From an uncultured delta proteobacterium (GTDB lineage: Bacteria; Desulfobacterota; Syntrophorhabdia; Syntrophorhabdales; WCHB1-27): DNA of 64,000 bases. The notes under the pieces were generated by a model that searched no databases, had not been told where the DNA came from, and saw nothing but the letters and a program-made list of their open reading frames with translations. Location: the NCBI GenBank assembly GCA_963810935.1, contig CAWEPK010000008.1, positions 64,001 through 128,000 on the forward strand, read 5' to 3'. Below, piece after piece: positions 50,583 through 60,230 of this stretch (the stretch's first letter is position 1; each line of letters starts with the position of its first letter). A program made the translations under genes and the position numbers.

Positions 50583-51170
50583 TTACTTCCGAAACAACTT
50601 TAAGTATTCGCCGTAACCATCCTTAACTAAATCATCTTTCGGAATGAAGCGCAGGGCTGCTGAGTTCATGCAGTAGCGCAGGCCCGTGGGCGGCGGACCG
50701 TCTTTGAAGACGTGGCCCAGGTGCGAGCCTGCGTGCTTGCTCCGCACCTCGATGCGTCTCTCGATTACAAAGTGCCTTTCGGGCGTCTCCACGATATTGG
50801 CCGGGTCGAGCGGCCTGGTGAAGCTCGGCCAGCCGGTGTGCGAGTCGAACTTGTCGAGGGAGCTGAACAGGGGCTCGCCCGAGACGATATCGACGTATAT
50901 GCCTTCCTTATAGTTCTTGTCGTATTCATTCTGGAACGGCGGCTCGGTGCCCTCTTTCTGCGTCACCTCGTATTGCAGGGGCGTAAGCATCTTCTTCAAC
51001 TCCGCGTCGCTCGGTTTCTTGAAATGTCTCCAATCCATACCGGTCTGCCCCTTTGCGCGGCCTTCGGCCCCCGCGCCGGCCGTCTGGCTATGCGCTGCCC
51101 CGTGCCATACAAAGAGAACGAGCAACGCCGACAAACCCAAAACCGTCCGTAATGTAGTCCGCCAATTCAT
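50583..51170 (-). CDS. msrB: Methionine-R-sulfoxide reductase, exported, without Zn ligands
   Basis: GTEPPF, GWPSF, HLGHVF, RYCMNS; N-terminal signal peptide. Confidence 0.94.
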   Translation of the reverse strand: MNWRTTLRTVLGLSALLVLFVWHGAAHSQTAGAGAEGRAKGQTGMDWRHFKKPSDAELKKMLTPLQYEVTQKEGTEPPFQNEYDKNYKEGIYVDIVSGEPLFSSLDKFDSHTGWPSFTRPLDPANIVETPERHFVIERRIEVRSKHAGSHLGHVFKDGPPPTGLRYCMNSAALRFIPKDDLVKDGYGEYLKLFRK

Positions 51171-51230
51171 GCGTAATCCCCTTTTAGTTGGAGTATATAG
51201 CGGGCGAAGGCCGGTTTCAAGGCACGGGGA

Positions 51231-51977
51231 CTAGCAGCAGGTCACGTTCTTATCCGCAAGGGCGTGCCGGAGCCGATCCACCATCTGTGAAACGTACGAG
51301 CCGTCAAGCCATTGCGTGAGCTTATGTTGCTTGTAAATGGCGGCTGTCTTGAAGGGGTAGTTCATCCTGTCGATCAGGACGCTGTCAACGTGTGGGCGTA
51401 TCATTTCGGCCAGCCTTTCCGGGTCGAGGGGCAGCATGGGGCCGATAAATACATACGTCGATATGCCCTCGCCGTGCAGTCTTTCGAGGGCCTTGGCCCG
51501 GGACTTTACAGGCGGCGCGGACGGCTCGAATATGCGCCTTACTGCGTCATTGTCCGTCGTAATGGTGATGCCTACGTCGAGGGAGCGGAACTTCTTCAGG
51601 ACGTCGAGGTCGCGCAGGACGAGGGGCGACTTGGTGAGGACTTCGACAGGGAGTGGGCCGTCAGCCAGCACTTCAAGACACGCGCGCGTCAGTCGAAACT
51701 GGCGCTCGGCGGGTTGATAGCAGTCGGTGACCGAGCTTAAGAGGACAGTGCCTCCAGCCGCCCTGCGGATTTGCCTGGCGAGAAGGGCCGCGGCGTTAAC
51801 CTTGACGTCGAGGAATGCGCCCCACGGCTCCTTGTGCCCCGTAAAGCGGCGCATGAACGTGGCGTAGCAATAAGAACAGGCGTGAGCGCAGCCGACGTAC
51901 GGGTTGACGCAGTAAGCAATGCCGGGTATGCCGGACTTCGAAAGGATCGACCGGGCGTGTATCTCTCTTGGCGTCAA
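51231..51977 (-). CDS. Radical SAM protein, spore photoproduct lyase-like family
   Basis: NPYVGCAHACSYCYA (CxxxCxxC), SSVTDCYQPAE, LTKS. Confidence 0.88.
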   Translation of the reverse strand: MTPREIHARSILSKSGIPGIAYCVNPYVGCAHACSYCYATFMRRFTGHKEPWGAFLDVKVNAAALLARQIRRAAGGTVLLSSVTDCYQPAERQFRLTRACLEVLADGPLPVEVLTKSPLVLRDLDVLKKFRSLDVGITITTDNDAVRRIFEPSAPPVKSRAKALERLHGEGISTYVFIGPMLPLDPERLAEMIRPHVDSVLIDRMNYPFKTAAIYKQHKLTQWLDGSYVSQMVDRLRHALADKNVTCC

Positions 51978-52047
51978 GGTTTTATTATACCACGGCGTTG
52001 ATGACGTTGATGGTGGCCTCTACAATGCCCTTCCCACCGCTCCACTC

Positions 52048-52076
52048 TTGACTATCCACCCCCGCCATTCTAAAAT
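52048..52076 (+). promoter_or_regulatory. sigma70 promoter of def-fmt
   Basis: TTGACT-N17-TAAAAT. Confidence 0.65.
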
Positions 52077-52081
52077 AGTGT

Positions 52082-52576
52082 GTGATCCGAACGATTAAGA
52101 CGCACCCGGACGATGTCCTCAGGCGCGTCGCTCAAGACGTCGACTCTATCACCGAGGAGATCCGCACCCTTTGCGACGACATGGTCGATACCATGGCCGC
52201 CGCGAACGGTGTCGGGCTCGCTGCCAACCAGGTGGGCGTCTGCCTGCGCGTCATCGCCCTGGAGACGGGCACGGAGAAGGAGAGTATCCCCGTCGTCATC
52301 ATCAACCCCCGGATTCTGGGGTTGGAAGGCGAGGAGACGGCCGAGGAGGGCTGCCTCTCTGTCCCCGGTTTCTACGAGTCGGTCAAAAGGGCCGGTAAGG
52401 CCATCGTGTCGGGGGAAAACCTCGAAGGCAGGAGATTCGAGGTCGAATGCACCGGCCTGCTCGCAAGGGCGGTACAGCATGAAGTCGAGCACCTCGACGG
52501 CATCCTCTTCATCGACCACCTAAGCCCTATCAAGAAACAGCTTTTCAAACGGGAGTATGGCAAGGAGAAAAAGTGA
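52082..52576 (+). CDS. def: Peptide deformylase
   Basis: GVGLAANQ, EGCLS, QHEVEHLDG. Confidence 0.95.
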   Translation: MIRTIKTHPDDVLRRVAQDVDSITEEIRTLCDDMVDTMAAANGVGLAANQVGVCLRVIALETGTEKESIPVVIINPRILGLEGEETAEEGCLSVPGFYESVKRAGKAIVSGENLEGRRFEVECTGLLARAVQHEVEHLDGILFIDHLSPIKKQLFKREYGKEKK

Positions 52577-53514
52577 AGCTCTTTTTCTTCGGGTCGTCGG
52601 GCTTTTCCGTGCCGGCGCTCCGCGCCTTGCGCTCATCGATTTCCCTGGTCGTTACAAAAAAGGCAAAGCCGAAAGGCAGGGGATACCTGCTGGACGACAA
52701 TGACGTGAAGCAGGCGGCTCTTTCCGCGGGCCTGCCCCTCGCCGAGATAGGCTCTTTTAAGGACGACGAGGCCAGGCTGCTCGCGGACCAGCGGCCCGAC
52801 CTCCTGGTGGTCGTCTCGTTTGGCCTCATCATCCCAAGGTGGTTCCTCGATGCGCCCTCGGCAGGGGCCATAAACGTGCACCCGTCGCTCCTGCCGAAAT
52901 ACCGGGGCCCGTCGCCCATGCAGTGGGCCGTGCGGAACGGTGACGCAGAGACCGGCATCACAATCATCGCCATGACGGAGCGCATGGACGCGGGCGACAT
53001 ACTCTACCAGGAGAAGACACCCATAGGGCGGGATGAGGACATGGCCGCCCTCTCGGTGCGCCTGTCTTTGCGGGCCGGGGAGATATTGCCTCCCGTCGTG
53101 GAGAAGATGATGGCGCAAGGCATGGCAGGGGCCGTGCCCCAGGACGAGGGGCAGGCGACTTACACGTCCATGGTCACAAAAGAGATGGGGCTGATCGACT
53201 GGAACGCCGCAGCCGATGAGGTCTTGCGGCAGGTCAGGGCGTTCGTGCTGTGGCCCACCGCTTATACGTTCCTGGACGGCAGGATGTTGAAGGTTTACAG
53301 GGCCAAAATCCCGGCCGGCGCCTATCCGCGCGAGGCGGGGCCCGGCACTATCGTATCGGTTTCTCCGGAAGGCATAGAAGTCGCGGCAGGGAGCGGCTCC
53401 GTCGTCATAGAAGACATGCAGATAGAGAACCGCAAGAGAATGTCCGCCGCAGACTTCGCCAGGGGCTACAGGCAGCTCACCGGAAAAAAGCTTGCCCCTG
53501 CGCCTGCCCCGTAA
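52573..53514 (+). CDS. fmt: Methionyl-tRNA formyltransferase
   Basis: NVHPSLLPKYRG, MDAGD, IDW; follows def. Confidence 0.95.
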   Translation: MKLFFFGSSGFSVPALRALRSSISLVVTKKAKPKGRGYLLDDNDVKQAALSAGLPLAEIGSFKDDEARLLADQRPDLLVVVSFGLIIPRWFLDAPSAGAINVHPSLLPKYRGPSPMQWAVRNGDAETGITIIAMTERMDAGDILYQEKTPIGRDEDMAALSVRLSLRAGEILPPVVEKMMAQGMAGAVPQDEGQATYTSMVTKEMGLIDWNAAADEVLRQVRAFVLWPTAYTFLDGRMLKVYRAKIPAGAYPREAGPGTIVSVSPEGIEVAAGSGSVVIEDMQIENRKRMSAADFARGYRQLTGKKLAPAPAP

Positions 53515-53600
53515 TAGATTTTATTAGTTACGCGTAAAACGAGCGTCACCGGAAAACAGGCAATAGAGAAAAATATAATAAGGGAGGGTTGCCATGTCGG

Positions 53601-55406
53601 ATGACCGCAAGAAAAACAGATGGCATCAGCCGGCGTCAATTCTTGAAACGGACTGCGTTCGGAGGTGCAGCGGCCGCTGCATTGGGAGGGGGGCTCACTG
53701 CGGGAAGCACCCCCGCACTGGCCGCCGCCGCTCCCAAGCCCCCCGCCAAGTGGGACCGCGAGGCGGACGTTGTAGTCATAGGGTCAGGGGCAATGGGGCT
53801 TCCCGCTGCCATCGTTGCACGCGAGGCAGGCGCGAAGGTCATCGTCGTCGAGGCGAACTTCGATATAGGCGGCCACGCCATAACGAGCGCAGGCAACGTC
53901 CCTCTAGGGGGAGGTACGAGCGCACAGAAGAAGGCCGGCATCAAGGATTCACCGGACCTTCTCTTCCAGGACCTGACCGACTGGTCCATAGTCCAATCAA
54001 ACGGCTTCCCCGACTACAGGTACAACGACCGCGAGATCATCCGGGCCTTCGCGGATAACAGTGCGCCCACCTACGAATGGCTCGTAGACCACGGGGTAGT
54101 CTTTATAAACAAGCCGCCCGATAATGCCGGTGGTAACTCGATAGGCAATTCCGTCCTGAGGGAGATGCACGCGGCGGCAATGGGCTGGCCCATGGTCCAG
54201 ACGGGCAAGCCGGTGGACCCGACCATCCAGGCCACCACCACGACAGGCAACGGGCTCATGCGTCCTCTGGAGGTTGCGGCGAAAAGGGCGGGCGTCGAGA
54301 TACTGCTGAACCACAGGATGACGGCGATCTACCGCAAAGGGCCTGATGAGGGGCGGGTGCTCGGCATCATGGTGGACAACAAGGGCAGGAAGATCAACAT
54401 CCGCGCGCGAAAGGCCGTCATCATAGCGACGGGTGGCTCTACGGGGAACGTCAATTTCCGCCGCATGTTCGACCCGCGCCTCACGGAGGAATACTGCGGC
54501 CTCGCAGGGATGCCGTGGACGGACCAGGACGCCAGCGGGGAGTTGGCCGCAATGGCGATAGGCGCCTCCCTCTGGGGCCTTTACAACCAGGTCGGGGAGT
54601 TCGGCCCGCCGATCGCCAAGCCGGGCACCATCGGCTGCCAGTACAATTACGCCAACCTCCAGTGGTTCCCGGGCAGCGCGGTCTTCAAGCTCGCCCGCGC
54701 AACGGGCCTGCGCGTCGCGAACTGGCAGGACGCCATTCTGGTGAACATGATCGGGAAGCGCTTCTACGACGAGACTGCGGGCCAGTTCCAGGCCAACAGC
54801 CGGGGGCAGGTCGAGCCTTACGTGCACGGCAGCTACCTGAACGCTAAAAACATCAAGTACGACCCGCCCAACTTCTTAAACGCGGCCCTCGCCGGGATAG
54901 GGGACGGAAAAAACGGCGGAGGCCCCATCTGGGCGATCTTCGACGCGGACGCCGTTGCCAGGGAGCGATGGAACCCGAAGCCGCCGCAGGTCGATATCGA
55001 CGCAGGGTTCTTTTTCAGCGCAAGCTCGATTCCGGAGCTTGCATCGAAGATAGTCATGAAGTACCAGCGCGTGCCGATGCCGCCCGCAAGTCTTGAGGCG
55101 ACGGTCGCCAGGTACAACTCGTTCGTCGATGCCGGAAAGGACGAAGATTTCGGCAAACCGACGCCCAAATATAAAATCGCGAAGCCGCCGTTTTATGCCG
55201 CATGGGCAACGCCGGTAGTCCATGACACGCGCGCCGGATTGAGGATAAATGCAAAGTGCCAGGTGCAGGAGATGTCCGGCCGCGTCATCCCAGGCCTTTA
55301 CTGCGGGGGTGAATCCGCAGGGGGTTTCAGCGAGCACGGCCTTGCAAGGGCCACATGCCAGGGTTATATAGCAGGAAGGAACGCGGCGGCTGAAAAGGCA
55401 GGATAG
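53601..55406 (+). CDS. Tat-exported FAD-dependent oxidoreductase (flavocytochrome c flavin subunit family); start uncertain
   Basis: SRRQFLK Tat motif, DVVVIGSGAMG, IIATGG, IPGLYCGGE. Confidence 0.88.
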   Translation: MTARKTDGISRRQFLKRTAFGGAAAAALGGGLTAGSTPALAAAAPKPPAKWDREADVVVIGSGAMGLPAAIVAREAGAKVIVVEANFDIGGHAITSAGNVPLGGGTSAQKKAGIKDSPDLLFQDLTDWSIVQSNGFPDYRYNDREIIRAFADNSAPTYEWLVDHGVVFINKPPDNAGGNSIGNSVLREMHAAAMGWPMVQTGKPVDPTIQATTTTGNGLMRPLEVAAKRAGVEILLNHRMTAIYRKGPDEGRVLGIMVDNKGRKINIRARKAVIIATGGSTGNVNFRRMFDPRLTEEYCGLAGMPWTDQDASGELAAMAIGASLWGLYNQVGEFGPPIAKPGTIGCQYNYANLQWFPGSAVFKLARATGLRVANWQDAILVNMIGKRFYDETAGQFQANSRGQVEPYVHGSYLNAKNIKYDPPNFLNAALAGIGDGKNGGGPIWAIFDADAVARERWNPKPPQVDIDAGFFFSASSIPELASKIVMKYQRVPMPPASLEATVARYNSFVDAGKDEDFGKPTPKYKIAKPPFYAAWATPVVHDTRAGLRINAKCQVQEMSGRVIPGLYCGGESAGGFSEHGLARATCQGYIAGRNAAAEKAG

Positions 55407-55440
55407 GCGAGAGCATTCTTTGATTTACCGGAGGGATATC

Positions 55441-55866
55441 ATGAAGAGCGCGGCCCGCGTGGCCTTTATCGTACTGTGCCTGTCGGTTGTGGCCTTTTTC
55501 GCTTATCTGAAAAGCGGCGCCATGCCTCTGTTTGCCCAGACCGCACCGGCAACCGGCGCTACGGCGAAAGAAGCCTGTCTCAAGTGTCATGGGCCTTATG
55601 ATAAGCTCGCGGGCGCTCCGGCCGCGTATGCTGCGCCGAGCGGCGAGAAGATAAACCCCCACGTCTACGTTCCGCACTCGTCGAAGGAGGCGAAAGCGGT
55701 CCCGGAGTGCACGAATTGCCACCAGCCCCACGCCCTGCCTCCGAACAAGGCGCAAATCAAATCGCAGCCCGCGCCGGAAGTCCAATGGTGCTTTACCGCC
55801 TGCCACCATGATAACAATTTCCAGCCCTGTCAAAACTGTCACAAAGATATGAAGCCGGCACAGTAG
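55441..55866 (+). CDS. Small periplasmic multiheme cytochrome c (four heme motifs)
   Basis: CLKCH, CTNCH, CFTACH, CQNCH, NPH; signal peptide; SD GGAGG. Confidence 0.88.
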   Translation: MKSAARVAFIVLCLSVVAFFAYLKSGAMPLFAQTAPATGATAKEACLKCHGPYDKLAGAPAAYAAPSGEKINPHVYVPHSSKEAKAVPECTNCHQPHALPPNKAQIKSQPAPEVQWCFTACHHDNNFQPCQNCHKDMKPAQ

Positions 55867-55910
55867 CATCACTTAAAGCCGCTTCTCAGCGATATAAATA
55901 CACTTTTTTA

Positions 55911-55939
55911 TTGACAGGGAGCCAATTCGCTTCTATTAT
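55911..55939 (+). promoter_or_regulatory. sigma70 promoter
   Basis: TTGACA-N17-TATTAT. Confidence 0.75.
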
Positions 55940-55957
55940 CAGGAAGCATTGCGACGA

Positions 55958-57803
55958 ATGGCGCCTATACGGCTTTATATAACTACTGGTTGTGCGGTCC
56001 TGCTATGGGCCGTTTTTTGCTTTTTCGCGAGCGGATGCTCGACCGGCTCCCATTACGCAAGGCCGACGGAAGTTGCAGCATCGGACGATCAGGCAGCCTC
56101 GCAGGACGCCGATAGCGGCACGCAGCCCAAGGCTGCAAAGAGCGGCCGGCAAAAAACATCCGTAAAAAAAACTTATGATAACAAGACGGGCAGGGAAGGG
56201 GACAGGTCGGTCCTACGCGCAGACGGCACGGACCTGGCGTCAGACCCCTATTCCCTCTACAGGAAAAGCGATACCGACGCAGACCTGACCCCGCTGCTCA
56301 CCGACGACTACCTAAAGCAGTTCGACATCCCCATCGTGCTTAACGACGCAGTCCAATACTTCGTCCGGTACTATATGACGGAGAAGAAGAAGGTTTTCAC
56401 CAACTGGCTGCGCCGCTCGCGCCGGTATATCCCCATGATCAAGGAGATCATGCGCAGGCACGGGCTGCCGGAAGACCTCGTTTACGTCGCAATGATAGAG
56501 AGCGGATTCAACCCGAAGGCATATTCCTCGGCGAAGGCGTGCGGTCCCTGGCAGTTCATTTACGAGACGGGCGGGCGGTATGGGCTGCGCGTCAACCACT
56601 GGGTGGACGAGCGGAGGGACCCGGAGAAATCGACGATAGCCGCCGCCCTCTATTTGAGGGACCTCTTCAACCAGTTCGGCTCGTGGAACCTTGCCGCTGC
56701 CGCTTACAACGCAGGCGAGAAGAGGATCGAGAGAACGATCGAGATGTACCAGACAAGCGATTTCTTCGAGCTGATGAAATATAATACACTGCCGAAGGAG
56801 ACGCGGGAATATATACCCAGGCTCCTCGCTGCGGCCCTTGTCGCCAAAAGCCCGGAGAAGTTCGGCTTCACGGGTTTAAATTACGACGAGCCGGTCAGGT
56901 TCGCAAGCGAAGGGGTGCCGGGCGGCATCCCTCTAGACGTGCTGGCGCGGGCTGCATGGACCGACGTAGAGTCGCTCAGGAGCCTCAACCCCGAGCTTCT
57001 GACGAACGTGACGCCGCCCGACGTCGCGACGTATACGATCAATCTCCCCGAGTCCACCCCGAAAGACAGGTTCCGTGCGTCCCTCACCGCGTCCATGCGG
57101 GCGGAGAAGAGGGTCAAGCGGGTACAGATGTACACGTTCAAGAAGAAGGACAAACTCGTCGACGTCATGGGCAAACATGACGTAAGTTTCGACGACCTCC
57201 TGCTCGTCAATACGTGCGACCGGGAGATAAAGGCGAAAGTGGGCGCTGTCGTCTACATCCCCAGTTTTTACGGCTCACGGCGCGCGATGGAAACGGCGCG
57301 CGATACGACAGGCGGGGAAAACGCGGCGCAGCCGGATAAAACAACCGAGTCCGAGGCGAAAGCACAGCCGGAACCCAATGCGCAGCCCGAGGCCAGGCCA
57401 CCGAGCAGATGCGAGCGAGCCGCAGGAGAAGCAGCCTGAGGTAATACAGGTCGCAAAGCAGCCTGACGTGATGCGGGTGGCGGCACTCTCCGAGGGAAGG
57501 GAAGGGTACGAGGGCGGCCGCGAGGAGATCGCCCTTGCGAAGATACGCGCCAAATACGGCATCGAGCCCGCGGCGTTGAAGGAGACGAGCGCGTCAAGGA
57601 AAAGCTCCGTCCGCCCCAAAGCCAGGGGGGAGGCAAAGCCCGAGATGAAGAAGCAGCCCGCGAGCGTTAAGGGCGCAAAGGTCGCCTCTTACCATGCCGC
57701 AAAAAAGGTGAAGAAGGGGAAAGCGAAGACCCGGCCGGCAAGCGTTAAGGATACGGGTCACAGCAAGAAACAAAAGACGCGGACGGCCAGGGCCGGGCTT
57801 TAA
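55958..57803 (+). CDS. MltD-like lytic transglycosylase lipoprotein with Lys-rich tail; 1-nt frameshift near 57400
   Basis: Lipobox ASGC, MIESG, GPWQF, AAYNAG, ETREY; the +1 frame continues to 57803. Confidence 0.85.
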
Positions 57804-57819
57804 AGAACGGCGGACACTT

Positions 57820-58272
57820 CTAAACCTTGAGCACCAGGTTTATCATGTCACCCCTCGAGAAACCCATCGCGTGAAAGAACTGGAGAAGGTCCCAGTCGTT
57901 CCAGTTGACGAGGGTGTAGATCGTATCGACGCCGTACTTCATAAGATTTTCTACACAACTGTTTGCAAGCTGTTTCGCAATGCCCCGGTTCTGGTAATCG
58001 GGGTCGATGCCTATTGTGTCGACCCAGCCGATGTTGTTAGGCACCTTGAACTCCCACCCGCTCACTTCTCCGAGTATGAAGCCCACGACCTTGTTGTCTA
58101 TCTCGGCCACAAGAGAGGCGTCGTGCGGCCTCGATTCCGCCTGTTTGACGATCTTCGTCAGCCAGTAATCCCTGCGCGTCTCTCCCAGCACCTTCGTGTC
58201 GATGTTTACGATAGCGTCCAGGTCTTCCTTTTCCATGATGCGTATCGAAAGATTATCAAGAAAATTGCTCAT
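57820..58272 (-). CDS. GNAT family N-acetyltransferase
   Basis: IDPDYQNRGIA acetyl-CoA motif, FFHAMGF. Confidence 0.9.
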   Translation of the reverse strand: MSNFLDNLSIRIMEKEDLDAIVNIDTKVLGETRRDYWLTKIVKQAESRPHDASLVAEIDNKVVGFILGEVSGWEFKVPNNIGWVDTIGIDPDYQNRGIAKQLANSCVENLMKYGVDTIYTLVNWNDWDLLQFFHAMGFSRGDMINLVLKV

Positions 58273-58500
58273 GGTTTACCCCTTAGCGGTCAACTTGTGA
58301 ATTCTATAACATATCCTGCATAAACCAATCAAGATTATACGTACTCTTGGCATGTAATTATGCGATACTTAGATGAAAAAGAAGATAATTCAACCACTAA
58401 GGCTTGCGCCGGGCAGAAAAAACGCGTACCGGGTCCTTTGTGAATTATACTTATATGTGACAGGTAGCTGTCTTCACATAAAACCATTCTAAGGTGGTCT

Positions 58501-60180
58501 ATGACGGAATTCGATGCATTTGAACGGGAATACTGGGAATGGCGCCTCCGCGAGTTTCCGGAGCTATCTACCTGGACCGGCGACAACCGGTATAACGACC
58601 GGCTCCAGGACATGTCATGGGAGGCCGTAGAGCGCCAGCGGGCCGACGAGCGCGCCATGCATGAGCGCGCCCGCGCCTTCGACAGGCAGGCGCTTTCGGA
58701 GCAGGACGCGATCTCTCTCGATCTGCTTTTATGGGAACTGGAGCAGGCGGTCGCATCGCACAGGTTCCCGCCTGTCATGGTGCTGAACCAGATATGGGGA
58801 CCGCACCTGATGCTCCCGCAGTTGATGTCCGTAACGCCCTTCCGCAACGCCGCCGATTACCGCAATTATGTCGCCCGCCTGAACGCTTTTCCCCGGTATC
58901 TCGAACAGGCCGAGGCGCTACTCTTGCGCGGCATCGAGACGGGGTGGGTGCAGCCGGCTGTGCCGTTGCGTGGCGTACCCGACCAGATCGGGGGCCAGCT
59001 CGTCGATGATGCGGAGAAAAGCATCCTTTTTACTCCCTTCGGGAATGTGGCAGGGCAAATTGGGGAAACAGAGCGCGCGGAGCTGCGGTCCGCCGCCCTG
59101 AAGGCTATACAACAGGGCGTCTTGCCTGCACTGGCCCGCTTCCGGGATTTCGTGACAGCACGCTACCTGCCGGCCGGCGACCGTCCTATCGCGGCGACGA
59201 CGCTCCCCGACGGTCAAGCCTATTACGATCAATCGGTCCGCGAGCATACCACTACGGACCTGACCGCTGCGCAAATCCACGAAATCGGGCTTAAGGAAGT
59301 TGCGCGCATCCGTGCTTCCATGGAGGCGGCCATCGGGCAGGCAGGGTTCAAGGGGAACCTTGCGGAGTTCGTCGCCTTCCTGCGCTCCGACCCCCGCTTC
59401 TATTTCTCGCAGGCCGACGACCTTGTGACTGCCTACCGGGCCATCGCGAAGCGGGCCGACGCGGAATTGCCGGGCCTCTTCGCCGAGCTGCCCCGGACCC
59501 CCTACGGCGTGCGCGCTTTTCCGGACTACGAGGCCCCGAGCCAGACCACGGCCATGTATTTTCCGGGGGCATCCGACGGGTCGAGGGCGGGCTACGTCAT
59601 GGTCAACACGTACAAGCTCGACATGCGGCCGCGTTACGAGATGGAGGCGCTAACGCTCCACGAAGGCGTTCCGGGACACCACCTGCAGATCGCAAGGGCC
59701 CAGGAGCAACAGCACCTGCCCGATTTCCGCCGCAACGCCGGATACAACGCCTATACGGAAGGATGGGGCCTTTACGCTGAAAGCCTCGGGACCGAAATGG
59801 GGTTTTACACGGACCCGTATTCGCGGTTCGGCCAACTGACGTACGAGATGTGGCGCGCCTGCCGGCTGGTGGTCGATACCGGCATGCACCAGCTAGGCTG
59901 GTCGAGGCAGAGGGCCATCGATTACGTAAGCGGGAATACAGCCAAGACGGAGCAGGATATCGCCGTCGAGGTGGACCGTTACATCGTCTGGCCGGGCCAG
60001 GCCCTGAGCTACAAGATCGGCGAGCTGAAGATCAGGGAACTGCGCACTCTTGCAGAACGCTCACTCGGCGAGCGGTTCTCCATCAGGACTTTTCACAACG
60101 CACTGCTCGATGACGGTCCGCTGCCGCTCGCCCTGCTCGAAGAGCGCGTCCGCAAATGGATCGCGTCCCACTCGTCATAG
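58501..60180 (+). CDS. DUF885 family protein
   Basis: HEGVPGHHLQ, EGWGLYAE, WRACRLVVDTGMH, EVDRY, PGQALSY. Confidence 0.92.
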   Translation: MTEFDAFEREYWEWRLREFPELSTWTGDNRYNDRLQDMSWEAVERQRADERAMHERARAFDRQALSEQDAISLDLLLWELEQAVASHRFPPVMVLNQIWGPHLMLPQLMSVTPFRNAADYRNYVARLNAFPRYLEQAEALLLRGIETGWVQPAVPLRGVPDQIGGQLVDDAEKSILFTPFGNVAGQIGETERAELRSAALKAIQQGVLPALARFRDFVTARYLPAGDRPIAATTLPDGQAYYDQSVREHTTTDLTAAQIHEIGLKEVARIRASMEAAIGQAGFKGNLAEFVAFLRSDPRFYFSQADDLVTAYRAIAKRADAELPGLFAELPRTPYGVRAFPDYEAPSQTTAMYFPGASDGSRAGYVMVNTYKLDMRPRYEMEALTLHEGVPGHHLQIARAQEQQHLPDFRRNAGYNAYTEGWGLYAESLGTEMGFYTDPYSRFGQLTYEMWRACRLVVDTGMHQLGWSRQRAIDYVSGNTAKTEQDIAVEVDRYIVWPGQALSYKIGELKIRELRTLAERSLGERFSIRTFHNALLDDGPLPLALLEERVRKWIASHSS

Positions 60181-60230
60181 CCTGGTTCGCCTCTCATAGC
60201 GGGCGTCCGGGCCGGTAAATCCGGGCCGCC

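Noticed and set aside
50583..51170. Selenocysteine MsrB
   Set aside because: Catalytic residue is an ordinary Cys (RYCMNS); no in-frame TGA
52478..52492. Deformylase motif HEVEH instead of HExDH
   Set aside because: Metal-binding His residues and catalytic Glu are retained; conservative change
4958..57439. Programmed ribosomal frameshifting or phase variation as cause of the split genes
   Set aside because: No slippery heptamers or long homopolymer/SSR tracts at the breakpoints; single-base errors explain them
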